Shown one piece after another: positions 13,203-26,759 of a DNA stretch of 57,454 nucleotides (positions within the stretch are counted from its first letter, which is position 1; each line of letters starts with the position of its first letter). The translations under genes and the position numbers were made by a program. The notes under the pieces are model-generated. The model had not been told where the DNA came from, made no database searches, and saw only the letters and a list, made by a program, of their open reading frames with translations. The stretch is from Octopus sinensis (taxonomy: Eukaryota). The DNA lies in contig NW_021834416.1 of the NCBI RefSeq assembly GCF_006345805.1, positions 1-57,454 of the forward strand. Reading direction: 5' to 3'.

Positions 13203-13380
13203 ATTGTTTAAACCCAGATTTATCGTGAATGAACAGGTCTTAGATCAAAAGCATTCCGACCGTGACAATCCAGCATTTCTTTTCTTTTTAGGTGTACGTA
13301 GAACTATATTATTTAATGTATCTTTACATTTAAATTAGTAGGAAGCTATTTGAGGGAAGCCGGGTTGCTATTTCAAGCAA
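13203..13380 (+). repeat. Unclassified interspersed repeat family E (degenerate)
   Basis: Similar to 36571-36750 and 36904-37174 (GATCAAA..TTCC..GTGAC..CTAGGACTAC..TTTGAGGGAG..GCTATTTC). Confidence 0.6.
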
Positions 13381-14164
13381 AATATTCGGGTCCTGGAGAT
13401 GGCAACAGTGGACCATATTTGTCAAAGTGTTATTTTAACACGGAATGTATGATATGGAGTAGATTTTTGCTGCTATTTCTTGCAATCTCGATGAACACAT
13501 AAAGCATCATATCCTGTAAGGACGGCGGTGGTGTTGCTGTGCATTTCGGCTCCTGATTCCATTGTGGTGTCCGATGTGCCTTCTGCTGAAGTTGCATATT
13601 ATAGCTGCTGTTAGTGCACCTGCTGCTATTGCAGCTGTTGCAGCCGTTCATGCTGCTGTTGCTGCTACTATTGTTGCTGCTTCCGTTGCTTCTTCACTTG
13701 CTGCTTCTGCTGCTGCTGTAGTTTCTCTTATTAACTAGAGTAGGCTTGCGAGATCTGGTGCGGGTGGGGACGGGGTATGGCATTATAGGGTGAAAACAGC
13801 GCTACGATTCTCTAGAACGTAAAACGCATAAATTCCAAAGAATTTGGGGTTCAATGTGAGGCGAAGTAGTGACTAAAAATTAAAAAAAAAGATCGAATTT
13901 AAAATTGAAATTAATTTAATACCAGTAATTAACTACCGTCACACTGGTTGAGCTTAAGTATTAAAGTAATTTGTTGTGAATTTAATGACGATTGCGCTGT
14001 CAGTCTATCAATGTCTCTCCTTGTTGGACTCTCCCTATCGCTTTCTTTCACCTGTTCCATCAAATTGCTTTCCTTATTACCTGTCCTTATTTTTGTTCTT
14101 ATCTCCTTTTCTTTTCTTTCTACCTTTCCCTCATTTCATCTCTGCACGCAAGCACACACACACA

Positions 14165-14213
<49 letters not shown>

Positions 14214-14620
14214 GCAAACGCATATACACATGTCTTATATTTTCGTCGTTATCATTTTGCTAAAAGATTCCACGTTTTCTCATACAAAAACGTGACAACT
14301 CGCAAGCACGTATTTATAGATACATCTCTATTTATAGCAAATTAAATCTATGTCTATTATCACATATACGCATCCTCTACCACACTTAACATTTATACGC
14401 AAATAAGATGGCGGCAGATGTAGCCATAAAGTTAAAAAAGAAAATCAACTTTACTTCGAAACCACATGATTGCAGTTTCGATCCTAGCGGGAAGCAAATT
14501 GTCAAATGACTTCAACCTCAACCCTCGTCCTCCGTTGCCCTATAATTTTGAAGAATGATAATTGGATGGCGGAGAATGTGCGGAAACTTGCTATCCACAT
14601 GCGTACGCGTATATATATAC

Positions 14621-14693
<73 letters not shown>

Positions 14694-14750
14694 GATGCAT
14701 GTATGTATATAAATATTATATATATGTATATGTATATAAAAATATATCGA

Positions 14751-14969
14751 CAGTAATCTCTCGATTATCGCGGGTGTTACGTTCCAAAATCCCCCGCGAT
14801 AGGTGAAAATTCGTGAAATAAAACAGTGCTGTACTGTATATTTTTTAAATTTTTATGATTTGTATGTATTTCATTATATTATAAATGCAAAACAACACCA
14901 CAGAGGAGTCGACGTAAGCTTAAATAATGAACCACGATAGGTGAACCGCGATATGGTGAGGAATTATTG
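14751..14969 (+). mobile_element. Tigger/pogo-like MITE (~220 bp)
   Basis: Imperfect TIRs CAGTAATCTCTCGATTATCGCGG / CCGCGATATGGTGAGGAATTATTG + TA; second copy at 32663. Confidence 0.85.
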
Positions 14970-15060
14970 TATATGTGTGTGAATTGGTGTGTTGGTTGAT
15001 GTCTCTAAATTGTACTCGATAAAACAGTAAAACAAAAACTCCACCATAAAATCAACGTTC

Positions 15061-15480
15061 TTAAAAGACAGAAATTTTCTCCTCTGTAACGGTTACAATC
15101 TTGTTATAACCACTATGGGGTATTTCTCTTACATATGGACGGTGCTGCTGCAACACTAGCAGATATCCAAGATACCACCCAGAGACTGGCCAGTCGGTCT
15201 GTTTGGTATCAAATAATTTAGCAATACACTCCAACTTCTGGCCCACAGTAGCCTAGGCATCAAAGAAAAGGTGATCTTGTGCCAGCTAACATTCAAAGAC
15301 TTTACATTCATTCACAATTCCTTCCGCCATGTTGTGAGATTTCTCTTCCTGCGAAGTTCTTTTTCTTTTTTATATATCTGGAGCCTTGATGTGCAACCTT
15401 TCATTAAGAACATTAGCTGAATCGGCCCCACAAATATTGAAGGATCTAAGAAGGTCATGAACAAAGTCTCTTCCTTCAGA
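15061..15480 (-). pseudogene. Decayed coding-like relic, possibly an L1/Tx1-type ORF2 C-terminal (zf-RVT) region
   Basis: Broken frame ...VLNERLHIK...WRKGIVNECKVFEC*LAQDHLFFDA*...; HLFF motif resembles zf-RVT HLFFxC; several stops and a frameshift. Confidence 0.35.
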
Positions 15481-15729
15481 CCAATCAAGTTTTAAAAAAA
15501 AGAAATTGGATTAAGATCCGAACGGAAATGAGTACCGAGGTCAATATTATTACGTCAAAATGGCGAAAGCTGCGACGCAAAAATATGGCTACTGCCCATA
15601 GAGAAAAATTTATAAAATGATATATAAGTATCGTACACATGGTTCCATACAAACATACGCGCATGTATATATATATATAATATATATTATATATATATAT
15701 ATATATATAATATATATATATATATGTAC

Positions 15730-15830
15730 GAAGTAAAAAATATATCAAACTGGGACAAGAACGGAAACACCTAGAAGACGACACAAGAACCACGGGACGG
15801 GATATTCGAAGCCCTTAGTCATCAGTCCAT
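15730..15830. mobile_element. Penelope-type LTR/UTR-like fragment within (TA)n
   Basis: Bounded by (TA)n; composition like the other PLE-type pieces; no coding evidence. Confidence 0.35.
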
Positions 15831-16010
15831 ATATATATATATAATATATATATAATATTATATATATATAATGCGTTTTACACTTTTATGTATCTAGATA
15901 GAAAGAATTTTTTATCTAGGTAACTATCAACATCTTGATTTATACAGCATTTTTATTTTTACATTATTACGAACCTCACATATGTTATAACCGCCTATAT
16001 ATATTATATA

Positions 16011-16055
<45 letters not shown>

Positions 16056-16203
16056 TTTGTATGTGAATGTGTGCGAGAATGTTTTTTTGCACGTGTTTTG
16101 CGTCACCATATCTAGTCACTGAAGTGCAATGTACATATATATGTATAGTGTCTCACAAACTCCCCAACTGCATGGTATCTGCACACATAATGCGTCCTGT
16201 ATA

Positions 16204-16254
<51 letters not shown>

Positions 16255-16255
<1 letters not shown>

Positions 16256-16417
16256 GGGTGTATGGTAAGAACAGGCTTCCCAGCCATATCGTTCCAAGAT
16301 CAGTCCCATTGTGTGACACCTTGGGCAAGTGTCTCCTATTGTATCCTCAGGCCGACTAAAGCCTTTTGAGCGGACTTAGTAGACGGAAGCTGAAAGCCCA
16401 TCGTATATAATATATGC

Positions 16418-16473
<56 letters not shown>

Positions 16474-16720
16474 TGTGTGTGTGTGTGTGTGATTGTGACT
16501 GTGATTGGCAGCCAATGTTGGTGTGTTTACGTCCTCATAACTTAGCAGTTCGGAAAAAGTAGACTGACAGAATAAGTACCAAACTTAAAAACAAAACAAA
16601 AATAAATTAATTAATAAAAACGATAAACTAGTGGGATCGATTCATTCGACAAATAGTCTTCATGGCAGTGCCGTAGCTTGGCCACACTCCAATGACTGAA
16701 ACAAGTAAAAGATAAAAGAT
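16255..16720 (+). mobile_element. Family B SINE (older, diverged)
   Basis: Same head / (TG)n / tail order as the 7597 copy. Confidence 0.82.
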
Positions 16721-16740
16721 ATATGTATTTATATATATAT

Positions 16741-17137
16741 AGGCACAGGAGTGGTTGTGTGGTAAGTAGCTTGCTTACCAACCACATGGTTCAGGTTCAT
16801 TCCTGCTGCGTAACACCTTGGGTAAGTGCCTTCTACTATAGCCTCGGGCCGACCAAAACTTTGTGAGTGGATTCGGTAGACAGAAACTGAAAGAAGCCCG
16901 TCGTATATATGCATGTGTGTGTGTGTGTATGTTTCTGTGTCTTTGTCCCCCAACATCGCTTGACAACCGATGCTGGTGTGTTTACGTCCCCGTAACTTAG
17001 CGGTTCAGCAAAAGAGACCGATAGAATAAGTAGTAGGCTTACAAATTATAAGTCCTGGTGTCGATTTGCTCGACTAAAGGCGGTGCTCCAGCATGGCCGC
17101 AGTCAAATGGCTGAAACAAGTAAAAGAGTAAAAGCGT
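16741..17137 (+). mobile_element. Family B SINE, full length
   Basis: Near-consensus match to the 7597 copy; directly follows the previous copy. Confidence 0.92.
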
Positions 17138-18211
17138 ATTCATATATATAAATACTTTTTACTTTTTATCTTATATTAAACTTTTTAATACTTTTTGATA
17201 GTTATATATATTTAATAAATTAAAAATATTTAAAAAAAAAAAAATAAAAATTATAAATATAAATTAATAATTTTAATTTTAAATTTAAATAATTTAAATT
17301 TTTAAATTTTATATTTTATATATTTTGTATATTATATTGATTATTTTTATTTTTATGTTTTGGTTTATGTTTTTCACTGTTTGATTTGCCTAATTGTGGT
17401 TTTATCTCTAATTTAATGTATATATATATCTGTACGACCCCGAAAAACTAGGTCACCAGTCAGGATCATTAGACGGTAGCCAGCATAATGGAATAGGAGC
17501 TTTATTCAAAACGTTTCCCATAAACAAATTATGTATGTGTGTGTGTGTGTCCACATGCATACATATATTTGTCCCAATAAAATGAAAAAATATAAGAAAA
17601 CTAGTCAGAATGATAACTATTTTATCGGAAACCGATAAAACAACCCCCTGTTCAATTTTCATTAGTTTTAATAAATATTTACATTCGTATGTTTACCATA
17701 GGGTCATTTGAGAGATTTCTTCATAGAAATTTGTAAATAAAAAGCATTTCTATATTAAGTCAATATATCTGAACATTTTACAGTAAAGAAATTTTTAATA
17801 ATTTTTTCTTAATCTTTATAAATTTTCAATAAAATATTTGTAGACTTTAAAAAATCCAATACGCATTTTGCACATTGTTATATGTTCCTATGTAGAATCG
17901 GCAATTCCCGCCGAATTCGTTCCGACATGATCTTAGCAGAGCCAATCAATAGGCGTATAAGAAATCTTCAAAAAGCATAAGATCAGACTCCTGACGATCA
18001 CAGCCAAGAAACAACGAATAGCAAGTGACACAGATTCGGCTTTAAATAAATTACTCAGCTTTGTCTAACGTAACTGGGTACTAGCTTTCGTTTCATTTCA
18101 CTTCAGACTAGCAAGAGAACTGCTATCCATACGTGTGTATTGTGTGTATGGGTGTGTATTTGTGTGTATATGTGTGTGTATGTATGCGTGTGTGGGTGTG
18201 TGTGTGTGTGT

Positions 18212-18243
<32 letters not shown>

Positions 18244-18894
18244 ATGCGTATATGTGAATGCGAGCAGCTATTGTGTACTTTTTCTGTACCTAGTGATGCA
18301 ACATGTTTGTGAATAATGTACGCTATTCTCTTATGTGAGTGCCTGAGTGAATGAGTGTGCGTTTATGTATGTATGAGAGAGAGAAAGAAAGAGAAAGAGA
18401 GAGAGAGAGAGGGAGAGAGAGGAGAGAGAGAGAGAGGGAGAGAGAGAGAGTGTGAGTCAATGTGTGTGAGAAAATGAATTCGGGTGAGAAATACAGAAAT
18501 ACAGACAAGTAAAGAGAGAGAAAGAAGACAGGTAGACTGTGTTAATCGTGCTAAGATGACGTGACAGTTATACAGTTTTTTCCAATCTAAATCTGATGGC
18601 ATTACTGACTTGTGTTACAGATTGACATGTCTAGACGTGTCTGAGCTGTACATACACACACACACAAACACACACACACACACACACACCATATATATAT
18701 ATATATATATATAATGCATGTAGTACATTGTATGTATTTATATGTACATATATGTTTGCTTATCTTCCTGCGTATATATCGTATATATATATTGTATATG
18801 TGCATACATGTACACATTTATGCACATAGATGATGCACAGACACGTGCCAGAATGTATTTACTCTTTGAGTCATAAGCAGGGATTGCAATACGA

Positions 18895-19150
18895 ATTTCT
18901 GATTTAGACACTAGGCCAGCAACTTTAAGGGGTGGAGTAGTCGACTACATCGACCTCAGTGCTCGACTAGTAATTATTTTGTAGTCCCCGAAAGGCAAAG
19001 TCGACCACAGAAGGTAGAGAGCCGGGGATGATAAAGCTCCTACTATAGGCACAAGATCTGAAATTTTTTAAGGATGAAAGGATGAAAGGCAAAGTTGACC
19101 TCGGAGGAATTTTAACTCATAACGTAAAGACGAGCGGAATTCGCTACGTA
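18895..19150 (-). mobile_element. Two family A SINE fragments
   Basis: GAAAGGCAAAGT(C/T)GACC and atcgacc..cagtgc blocks. Confidence 0.65.
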
Positions 19151-19174
19151 CTTTGTCCAGCATACGTAAAGGCA

Positions 19175-19401
19175 AAGCGATTCATAAGGGGCGGTTTCCC
19201 GGTTTCATTGCGTGTATATTCCCCACCTGGACGGGACGCCGGACCGTCGCAGTGTTACACTTTTTTGCCAGCTGGGTGGACTGGAGCAACGTGAAATGAA
19301 GTGTTTTGCTCAAGAACACAACGCGTCGACCGGTCCAGGAATCGAATCACAACCTTAAGATCATGAGTCCAACACCCTAACCACTGAGCCACGTGCCTCC
19401 A
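19175..19401 (-). mobile_element. Family D SINE
   Basis: Reverse complement of the 49373 architecture. Confidence 0.85.
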
Positions 19402-19444
19402 ATTTTTGTCCTGTATGGTAACGATTCTGTCCGTTCGTCGCCTT

Positions 19445-19590
19445 AATAATCCTTTCTACTGTAAGACAAGGCCAGGAATTTTGTAGGGGACGAGGCTAAT
19501 CGATTATATCGATCTCAGCGCTCAAATGGTAGCTATTTTATCGACCTTGAAAGTATGAAAGGCAAAGTTGACGTCGATGGAATTTTAATA
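19445..19590 (-). mobile_element. Family A SINE 3' fragment
   Basis: Diverged core and type-2 tail. Confidence 0.6.
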
Positions 19591-19619
19591 CAAAAGAGAG
19601 CCAGAGAAAGTAAAAATAA

Positions 19620-19706
19620 AAATAAAGAAAATAATAATAATAATAAATAATAATAGTAATAATAATAATAATAATAATAGTAATAATAATAATAACAGTA
19701 ATAATA

Positions 19707-19775
<69 letters not shown>

Positions 19776-19855
19776 TAATAATAATAGTAATAATAATAAT
19801 AATAATAATAGTAATAATAGTAATAATAATAATTACAATTATTATTACTTCTTTT
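19620..19855. repeat. (AAT)n microsatellite
   Basis: Directly visible. Confidence 0.95.
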
Positions 19856-20117
19856 ATTGGTCCCCTTGCATTGAGGTTATTATGAGGACGAACTAGAAAC
19901 CCCACATAGTGGGGTTTACAAAGGTTAAAAAGAAATCAATAAAAACCCAAGGATAAAACAATAGAATTTCAATGAGGAAAGTTACCCAAAAGCAGAGCAG
20001 GATACCGTGAAGTAAATTGGAGAGGTGAACCTACACGAATTTCCGGTTACATTACAACGTTCTTGTAGGAAGTTGGTAAAGTAGATTATGTTAGTACTAA
20101 TATTTAACTGGTATAAT

Positions 20118-20570
20118 GGGGCGAGCTGACAGAATCGTTAGCACGCCGGGTAAAAAACGTTTAGCGGCATTCGTCCGTCTTTGTGTTCTGGGTTCAAATT
20201 CCGCCGAGGTTGACTTTGCCTTTCATCCTTTCGGGGTCGATTAAGTAAGTACCAGTTACGCACTGGGGTCGATATAATCGACTTAATCCGTTTGTCTGTC
20301 CTTGTTTGTCCTCTCTGTGTTTAGCTCCTTGTGGGTAGTAAAGAAATTGGTATAAGGAAGCGAGCTGGCAGAGTCGTTAGCACGCCAGATAAAATGTTTA
20401 GCGGCATTCGTCCGTCTTTGTGTTCTGGGTTCAAATTCCGCCGAGGTCGACTTTGCCTTTCATCCTTTCGGGGTCGATTAAATAAGTACTAGCTGAGCAC
20501 TGGGCTCTATATAATCGACTAACTTCCCGCCCACGAAACTGCTGGCCCTGTGCCAAAATTTGAACTTAAT
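20118..20570 (+). mobile_element. Two adjacent full-headed family A SINEs with different tails
   Basis: Units 20118-20347 and 20357-20570; TGGTATAA repeated around the first; AATATTTA(A/C)CTGGTATA on the outer flanks. Confidence 0.9.
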
Positions 20571-20635
20571 ATTTACCTGGTATATTATTCATCCTGGTAG
20601 TATCAAAGACAAATTAGAACCAGACAGTATTCTTT

Positions 20636-21025
20636 TGCTCTTTTACTTGTTTCAGTCATTTGACTGTGGCCATACTGGAGCACCGCCTTTAGTCGAGCAA
20701 ATCGACCCCGGGACTTATTCTTTGTAAGCCTAGTACTTATTCTATCGGTCTCTTTTGCTGAACCGCTAAGTTACAGGGACGTAAACGCACCAGCTTCAGT
20801 TGTCAAGCGATGTCGGGGGACAAACACAGACACAAATATACATACACATGCATATATATATACATATATACGACGGGCTTCTTTCAGTTTCCGTCTACCA
20901 AATCCACTCACAAGGTTTTGGTCGGCCCAAGGCTATAGTAGAAGACACTTGCCCAAGGTGCCACGCAGTGAGACTGAACCCAGAACCATGTGGTTGGTAA
21001 GCAAGCTACTTACCACACGGCCACC
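20636..21025 (-). mobile_element. Family B SINE, full length
   Basis: Reverse complement of consensus. Confidence 0.92.
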
Positions 21026-21281
21026 TCAATTTCGCAAGACATTTCGACAGGTGCCTTATTGCTCTTGCTATTCTCATCCGTTGCAACAAATATTTTTAAC
21101 ATAAACACAGGGGTTGAGAACAGTCGATGACAGTACCCCAGTGCTTGACTGGTACAATTTTTCTCGACCCCAAAGGAATGAAATTGTATTGTCAATTACA
21201 TAGCATTTGCTATGCCACTCTACTGATTCCATCGTCCACTACAAAATTAATCTTCATGTCAATATTGATTTTTGCCATAAA

Positions 21282-21671
21282 CTAGCAGTATCACTCGGCG
21301 TTGCTCGGGTTTGTCTCGACCTTTAGAATTAGAATTTTTGAAAAGTAAACATTTTGCATTATGTAGCTAGTTATTCTCTTTAAGTGAACATTTTTCTGGT
21401 TAAAATACACCGAAAAATGGCGACAGTGGTCAAAAAATCGTTAAAAATTAGGGATTTTAATAGAAAAAAAGCACCTTTTTGACGTAAATAATTTTTGGTG
21501 ATAACATGGTCCGATTTGAATTTTATCTTCTTCGGAATGAAGAGCAAGCCTTCTTCTATCATACTCTCAATTTTGGTCAACTTGCGCCACAGGGTCTCAG
21601 AGGAGATAGTGTTAGTTGAAGGCTACCAAACCTGCCATACACAGAAAACTTCAGCTTTATATATAGAGAGA
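21282..21671 (-). mobile_element. Non-autonomous Helitron (~390 bp)
   Basis: - strand starts TC(TCTCTATATATAAAGCTGAAG), ends with GC-rich hairpin CCCGAGCAACGCCGAG then CTAG, inserted between A and T. Confidence 0.8.
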
Positions 21672-22273
21672 TGAAACGATATTTTAGATAGAAGGACGTG
21701 GTCACTTAAATGTACACCAGTACTTTACAAGTACTTATTTTCCAGACATCGGAACAATGAAGACGCATAGTCGATCGCCTGGCCTATTGTCTGGCATGGC
21801 ACTCTATCCAGAAATCTTTTTGCGCAGTAATGATTTCAAAAATACTATTTATTGAAAAATATAAAGAACGTTTATTGTTCGATAAAAATAAACCCACAAA
21901 TGTTACAAAACAATATTGTCTCGACAGAGTAAATGCAATAACAAAGCACCAATTTAGATACGTAAAAAGTTTGATGTGCGTACGCATACAGGTATGTGTC
22001 TGTGTGTATGTATGTATGTATGTATGTATGTATGTATGTATGTATGTTGTATGTATGTATGTGTGTGTGTATTTGAGTACATACATACACACACACATTC
22101 GTATCTGTTCGTTTGAATAAAGTTTTCGTGTGCTATATAAAGTATTAATTGCGTTGGGAAGTAGAGCCAAAATATGTTTGTTTACTATTGACTGGCTTAT
22201 ACGCAAATATACAATCATACATATATGCGAATATGCACATACATACATATATATACATACGTAGCAACAAAAC

Positions 22274-22317
<44 letters not shown>

Positions 22318-22379
22318 ATGTATATATATATATATATGTATGTGTATATGTATATATATATAGAGATTTGTATGTATAT

Positions 22380-22410
<31 letters not shown>

Positions 22411-22964
22411 CGTATGTGTGTATGTATATATGCTGTGCATGAATGAATATAAACAAACGTGTGTATATATATATATGAAAGTATGTGAGATGTATGTGTA
22501 TGTTTACGTGCCTTTACATGCGTAAACATACATTCACACACGCGAATATTAGTATATATCCTCATTTATCTATATAGTAGATATATGAGAATATATACTG
22601 ATACGCGTGTCGTTGATGATAAACAATGGTGGTGGTGGTGATAAAGATGATAATGGTAATATTTGATGATAATGATTAATGATGATAGTAGCAATGGTAG
22701 TAATGGTGTTGATTATGGTGATCGGCTAATTAAGATAAACGACAGTAATGAATGTGTCGATGCTGATGATAACGTTAATTACATTTAACCAATTACAAAA
22801 CTAATTTTTGCTTGAGAGAATTGTAATCCACCATCTTTATTCATAACTTGTCTTAATTTTTCTTTTTCTATCAAAGTATTTATTTAGACAACTCCACCTC
22901 CTCCGATTCCGGAATGATGATAGCTGGAGACAACTACGGTGAGATTTGAACTCTAAACCATGGC

Positions 22965-23110
22965 CCGAGCTGGTAGAATCATTAGCACGCCGGGCAAAAT
23001 GCTTTACGTTCTGAGGTCAACTTCCGTCGAGGTCGACCTTGCTTTTCATTTTTTCAGGGTCGATGAAATAAATACCAGGTGAGCACTGGGGTGGATATAA
23101 TCGACTTATA
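22965..23110 (+). mobile_element. Family A SINE, degenerate with internal deletion
   Basis: Head GAGCTGGTAGAATCATTAGCACGCCGGG and core. Confidence 0.75.
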
Positions 23111-23127
23111 TCCTACTCGACGAGGGT

Positions 23128-23418
23128 TCCAGTTGATTCGATCAACGGAACGGCCTGCTTGGGAAATTAACGTGCAAGTGGCTGAGTACTCCGCAGTCAC
23201 GCATACCCTTAAAGTAGTTCTGAGGGAGATTCAGCGTGACACAGAGTGTGACAAGGCTGGTCCTTTTTGAATTACAAGTACTGCTTATTTTTGCCAGCTG
23301 AGTGGACTGAGGCAATGTGAAATAAAGTGCCTTGCTCAAGGACACAAAGCGCCGCCAGGAATCGAACTCACGATCTCATAAAGTTCAGCCAAACACCCTA
23401 ACCACTAAGCCTCACACC
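23128..23418 (-). mobile_element. Family D2 SINE (CORE-like middle, alternative 3' tail)
   Basis: Reverse complement of 56091-56417. Confidence 0.82.
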
Positions 23419-23475
23419 TTCATAATTAATGGAAATATACACTCATCAGGTTATTTATACTTGCCCTCTAATGTG

Positions 23476-23697
23476 GGAAACCTCTACATGGTTGCTCGAC
23501 CTGCTAAAAATAGCAGCTATGCCCCCTCAAATCACGTTCTTCTGTCTAAAAGAAAAGAAGAAAAGTAATATTGGGTAATATAGTCCTAACCAGAGTCCTA
23601 AACAATATATCTGAATTAAAGGTGTGGTGGTCACGACTGGAACATCTTTGACCATAAGGTTGCTTGCTCAGAGTAAATCTGGCTATAAACAACAAAT
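23476..23697 (-). repeat. Family E interspersed repeat
   Basis: Reverse complement similarity to 36571-37174. Confidence 0.65.
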
Positions 23698-23869
23698 AGC
23701 AACAACGATGATGAAAGACAAAATAATATAGTCTTAGAATATCTATGTCTGAAAAGATAAAAGGTGGGTTGACCACAGCTGGAAGGGCTCTGATTGTAGC
23801 ACGTGTATGATCTACTCGATCAGATTTGTCTCGTGAACTAAGCCTGTTATTCTCAAATTAATAAAAGGA

Positions 23870-24120
23870 TCACGTGGATGTGCTTGGCTTAACATTTAGG
23901 GTGTTGGGCTCATGATCGCAAGATCGCGATTTCGATTCATGGACTGGGTGAAGTCATGTGTTCTTGAGCAAAATACTTCCTTTCACATTGTTCTAGTGTA
24001 CTCAACTAGCAAAAATGAGTAATATTGTGAAGTCTCAACAGGCTTGGCAATCTGGCGACGGATGGTGGGCCTGCTTAAAAAAAAACACAAACAGAAGGGA
24101 ATTTCTGGACTAACAGGTCG
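23870..24120 (+). mobile_element. Family D SINE, degenerate
   Basis: tRNA-like head, TTGAGCAAAATACTT block. Confidence 0.7.
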
Positions 24121-24286
24121 CTCATCTACACCGTTGTTGGCTATTACCGGCTTTGTTTTACTAGAATCCTACCTCCATTTCAAGTATTAATTAATTATTC
24201 TTGTTTGGAGTGGGACCGATATTACTGATTTGTACAAGAGCCAACATGCTCCGTGCCTTCGGGGCTGATATCAGTTCTGTCTATGG

Positions 24287-24690
24287 CAGCGAGCTGGTAG
24301 AATCATTAGCTCTCCGGACAAAATGCTTTACGTTCTGAGTTCGAATTCCGTCGAGGTCAACTTTGCATTTCATTCTTTCGGGGTCGACGAAATAAACACC
24401 AGGTGAGCACTGGGATGGATATAATCGATTTATCTCCTACTCTTGTGTCAAAATTTGAAACTAATATTAGCTGTTTCTGATATGGGCACAAAGCCTGACA
24501 TTTCGTGAAAGAGTGATAGTTGTGGTTGATTACATCGACCTCGGTTACTGAACCGCTAGCTATTTTTTCTGAACCCAAAAAGATGAAAGGCAATGTCGAC
24601 CTCGTTGACATTTGAACCCAGAATGTATAGAGCCAGAAAAAACACCGCAAAACCTTTTCTTTTTCCGATGCCCTAAAGATTCTGCCAGCT
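24287..24690. mobile_element. Two family A SINEs tail-to-tail (+ 24287-24465, - 24470-24690)
   Basis: Core motifs in opposite orientations. Confidence 0.7.
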
Positions 24691-24819
24691 CGGAGACTGT
24701 GAGGCTGATGTTAAGTGGGGACAAAATAAAGTTTATATTCGTATAATTCTGTTTCCTTCACCCTGGAGTTGGTCAAGTTAAAAAAGTTTTAAACTACCTC
24801 AATCTTATTTAACAAGGTG

Positions 24820-24921
24820 CAGGCATGGTTGGATTGTCAAGTCGCTTGCTTTGCAGCCACGCGGTTTAGGGTTCAGCCTCAATGCGTGGCAACTTTGGCA
24901 AGTATTTTATACTATAGCTCC

Positions 24922-24965
<44 letters not shown>

Positions 24966-25190
24966 CGTTGTATGTGTGTCATTGTGTTAGTATTTGTCTC
25001 ATCATACTATTTGACAATGTTGGTTGTTTATGTCCACGAAATGTAACGATTTGGCAAAAAGAGGCACGGTATAATAAATACTAGATGTTAAAGAATAAGT
25101 ACTATGGACAATTTGTCCGATAAAAAACCCTTCAAGGCATTGCCCCAGCATGACCACGGTCCCATGAGGGAAACAAAAGTAAGAGTAAAG
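24820..25190 (+). mobile_element. Family B SINE, degenerate
   Basis: Diverged head, internal (TA)n, tail. Confidence 0.65.
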
Positions 25191-25639
25191 ACAATTTGTC
25201 TGACCCCTTTTCAAAACTCAGAGCTCCTTTCTTAGAGAAACCCTAAACCGAGCAACAACAAAAACAGGGGATAACAACAACGTCAACAAAAGAGAAAATG
25301 GTAAAAAAAAATATCTGCAGTCAGTCCTCGCAAGTGAGTATGAGGTGATGTGTACCCATGTTTTCGCTTATATTTTTAGATGCCTGTGTAGTCACAATGA
25401 AGCCTTCTTCGCACTTCTGTGTTTGATATTGTGCAACATCGAGGGAGAAAGTGTTGTTCAAAGACTGGACTAGTATTCCCTTGTAGCCGAATAAACTCAG
25501 TGGCGTAGCTAGAGTGTGTGCCGCCATAGGCAGCGTTCTAGTTTTCTCCCTTTCTCGGACCCTCAACTCTACACGGGCTTATATAGCAGACCCAACAGTG
25601 CATCCCTCATAAAAGCGTCGCCTGGAATGGACCATCCCT

Positions 25640-26105
25640 TGCACCTTAGCCCCTAGCTAGGCTACGGAGTATACCTGAGCAACGTGAAATGAAACACGCC
25701 TACTTCTAAGACACAACGCGCCATTTCGTCCAGGGATCGAACCCGCGACCGTATAATTGCAAGCCTGACCACTTAACTACTCAGCCACAACAATAACAAG
25801 AGCAAAGAACATCGTCTTCAATAGCAAAAACAAAACATTTCTTATATTGGAACAAAGCCAGACATTATAAGAGGCGGTCGTGGGAGGAGTAAATCTTTGT
25901 GAATTCAAGTATAATAGTGGCAATTATTTTATCGACCCGGGTGAATGATGATCGGCAAAGTAGGGTATGAAACAACATATTTTATAGGAGGGTATACATG
26001 ATCATATCGACCCGAATACTAGAGTGGTACTTTAATTTATCGATTCTCTGAAGACTGAAAGTCAAAATCGACTCAGGCGGGATTTAAAATCAGAACATAA
26101 ATCGA
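25640..26105 (-). mobile_element. Degenerate family D fragment and two family A fragments
   Basis: Diverged motif matches. Confidence 0.5.
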
Positions 26106-26162
26106 CGTGACTAAATACGGTTATGCATTTAATCCGTTACTCTATCGAATTTACCATTATGC

Positions 26163-26205
<43 letters not shown>

Positions 26206-26330
26206 GTAACAACATCAACTACTTTTTGTTGTCAAAATCTGTTTCCATATTGTCTCATAAGGCATTTTACTTGCACGTTAATTAATTTGTTCTGCGCAGC
26301 CTAACAATTAATTTAGGGTACCTGTCTGTG

Positions 26331-26404
<74 letters not shown>

Positions 26405-26759
26405 TGTGTATAAGCATAAAGCATAAAATCGTTAAAATTAATGAATTTTAGCAGTGGCCAGCATATAAAAAAGACCATTTAGGTAAAATACATATATAAA
26501 GATATATAATTGTATAGGGTGCAATTATACACACACAAACACACACACAAAATACATATGTTGACGAGCAATGTGAAACGCAGAGTTATCATTTGTAAAA
26601 ATGTTTTGGATAAATTTTATGTACTATATTCCCGAATAATTGCCCGAATACCCAAAACTTTCATATTGTATATGTGTGCATGCATACATACATACATACA
26701 TTACATACATACATACATACATACATGCATACATACATACATACATACATACATATTCT

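Noticed and set aside
25321-25566. Unique-looking patch with GTGAGT donor and TTTTTAG acceptor
   Set aside because: All frames after the acceptor close quickly without a matching donor; includes a CAGTGGCGTAGCTAG transposon-end-like fragment.
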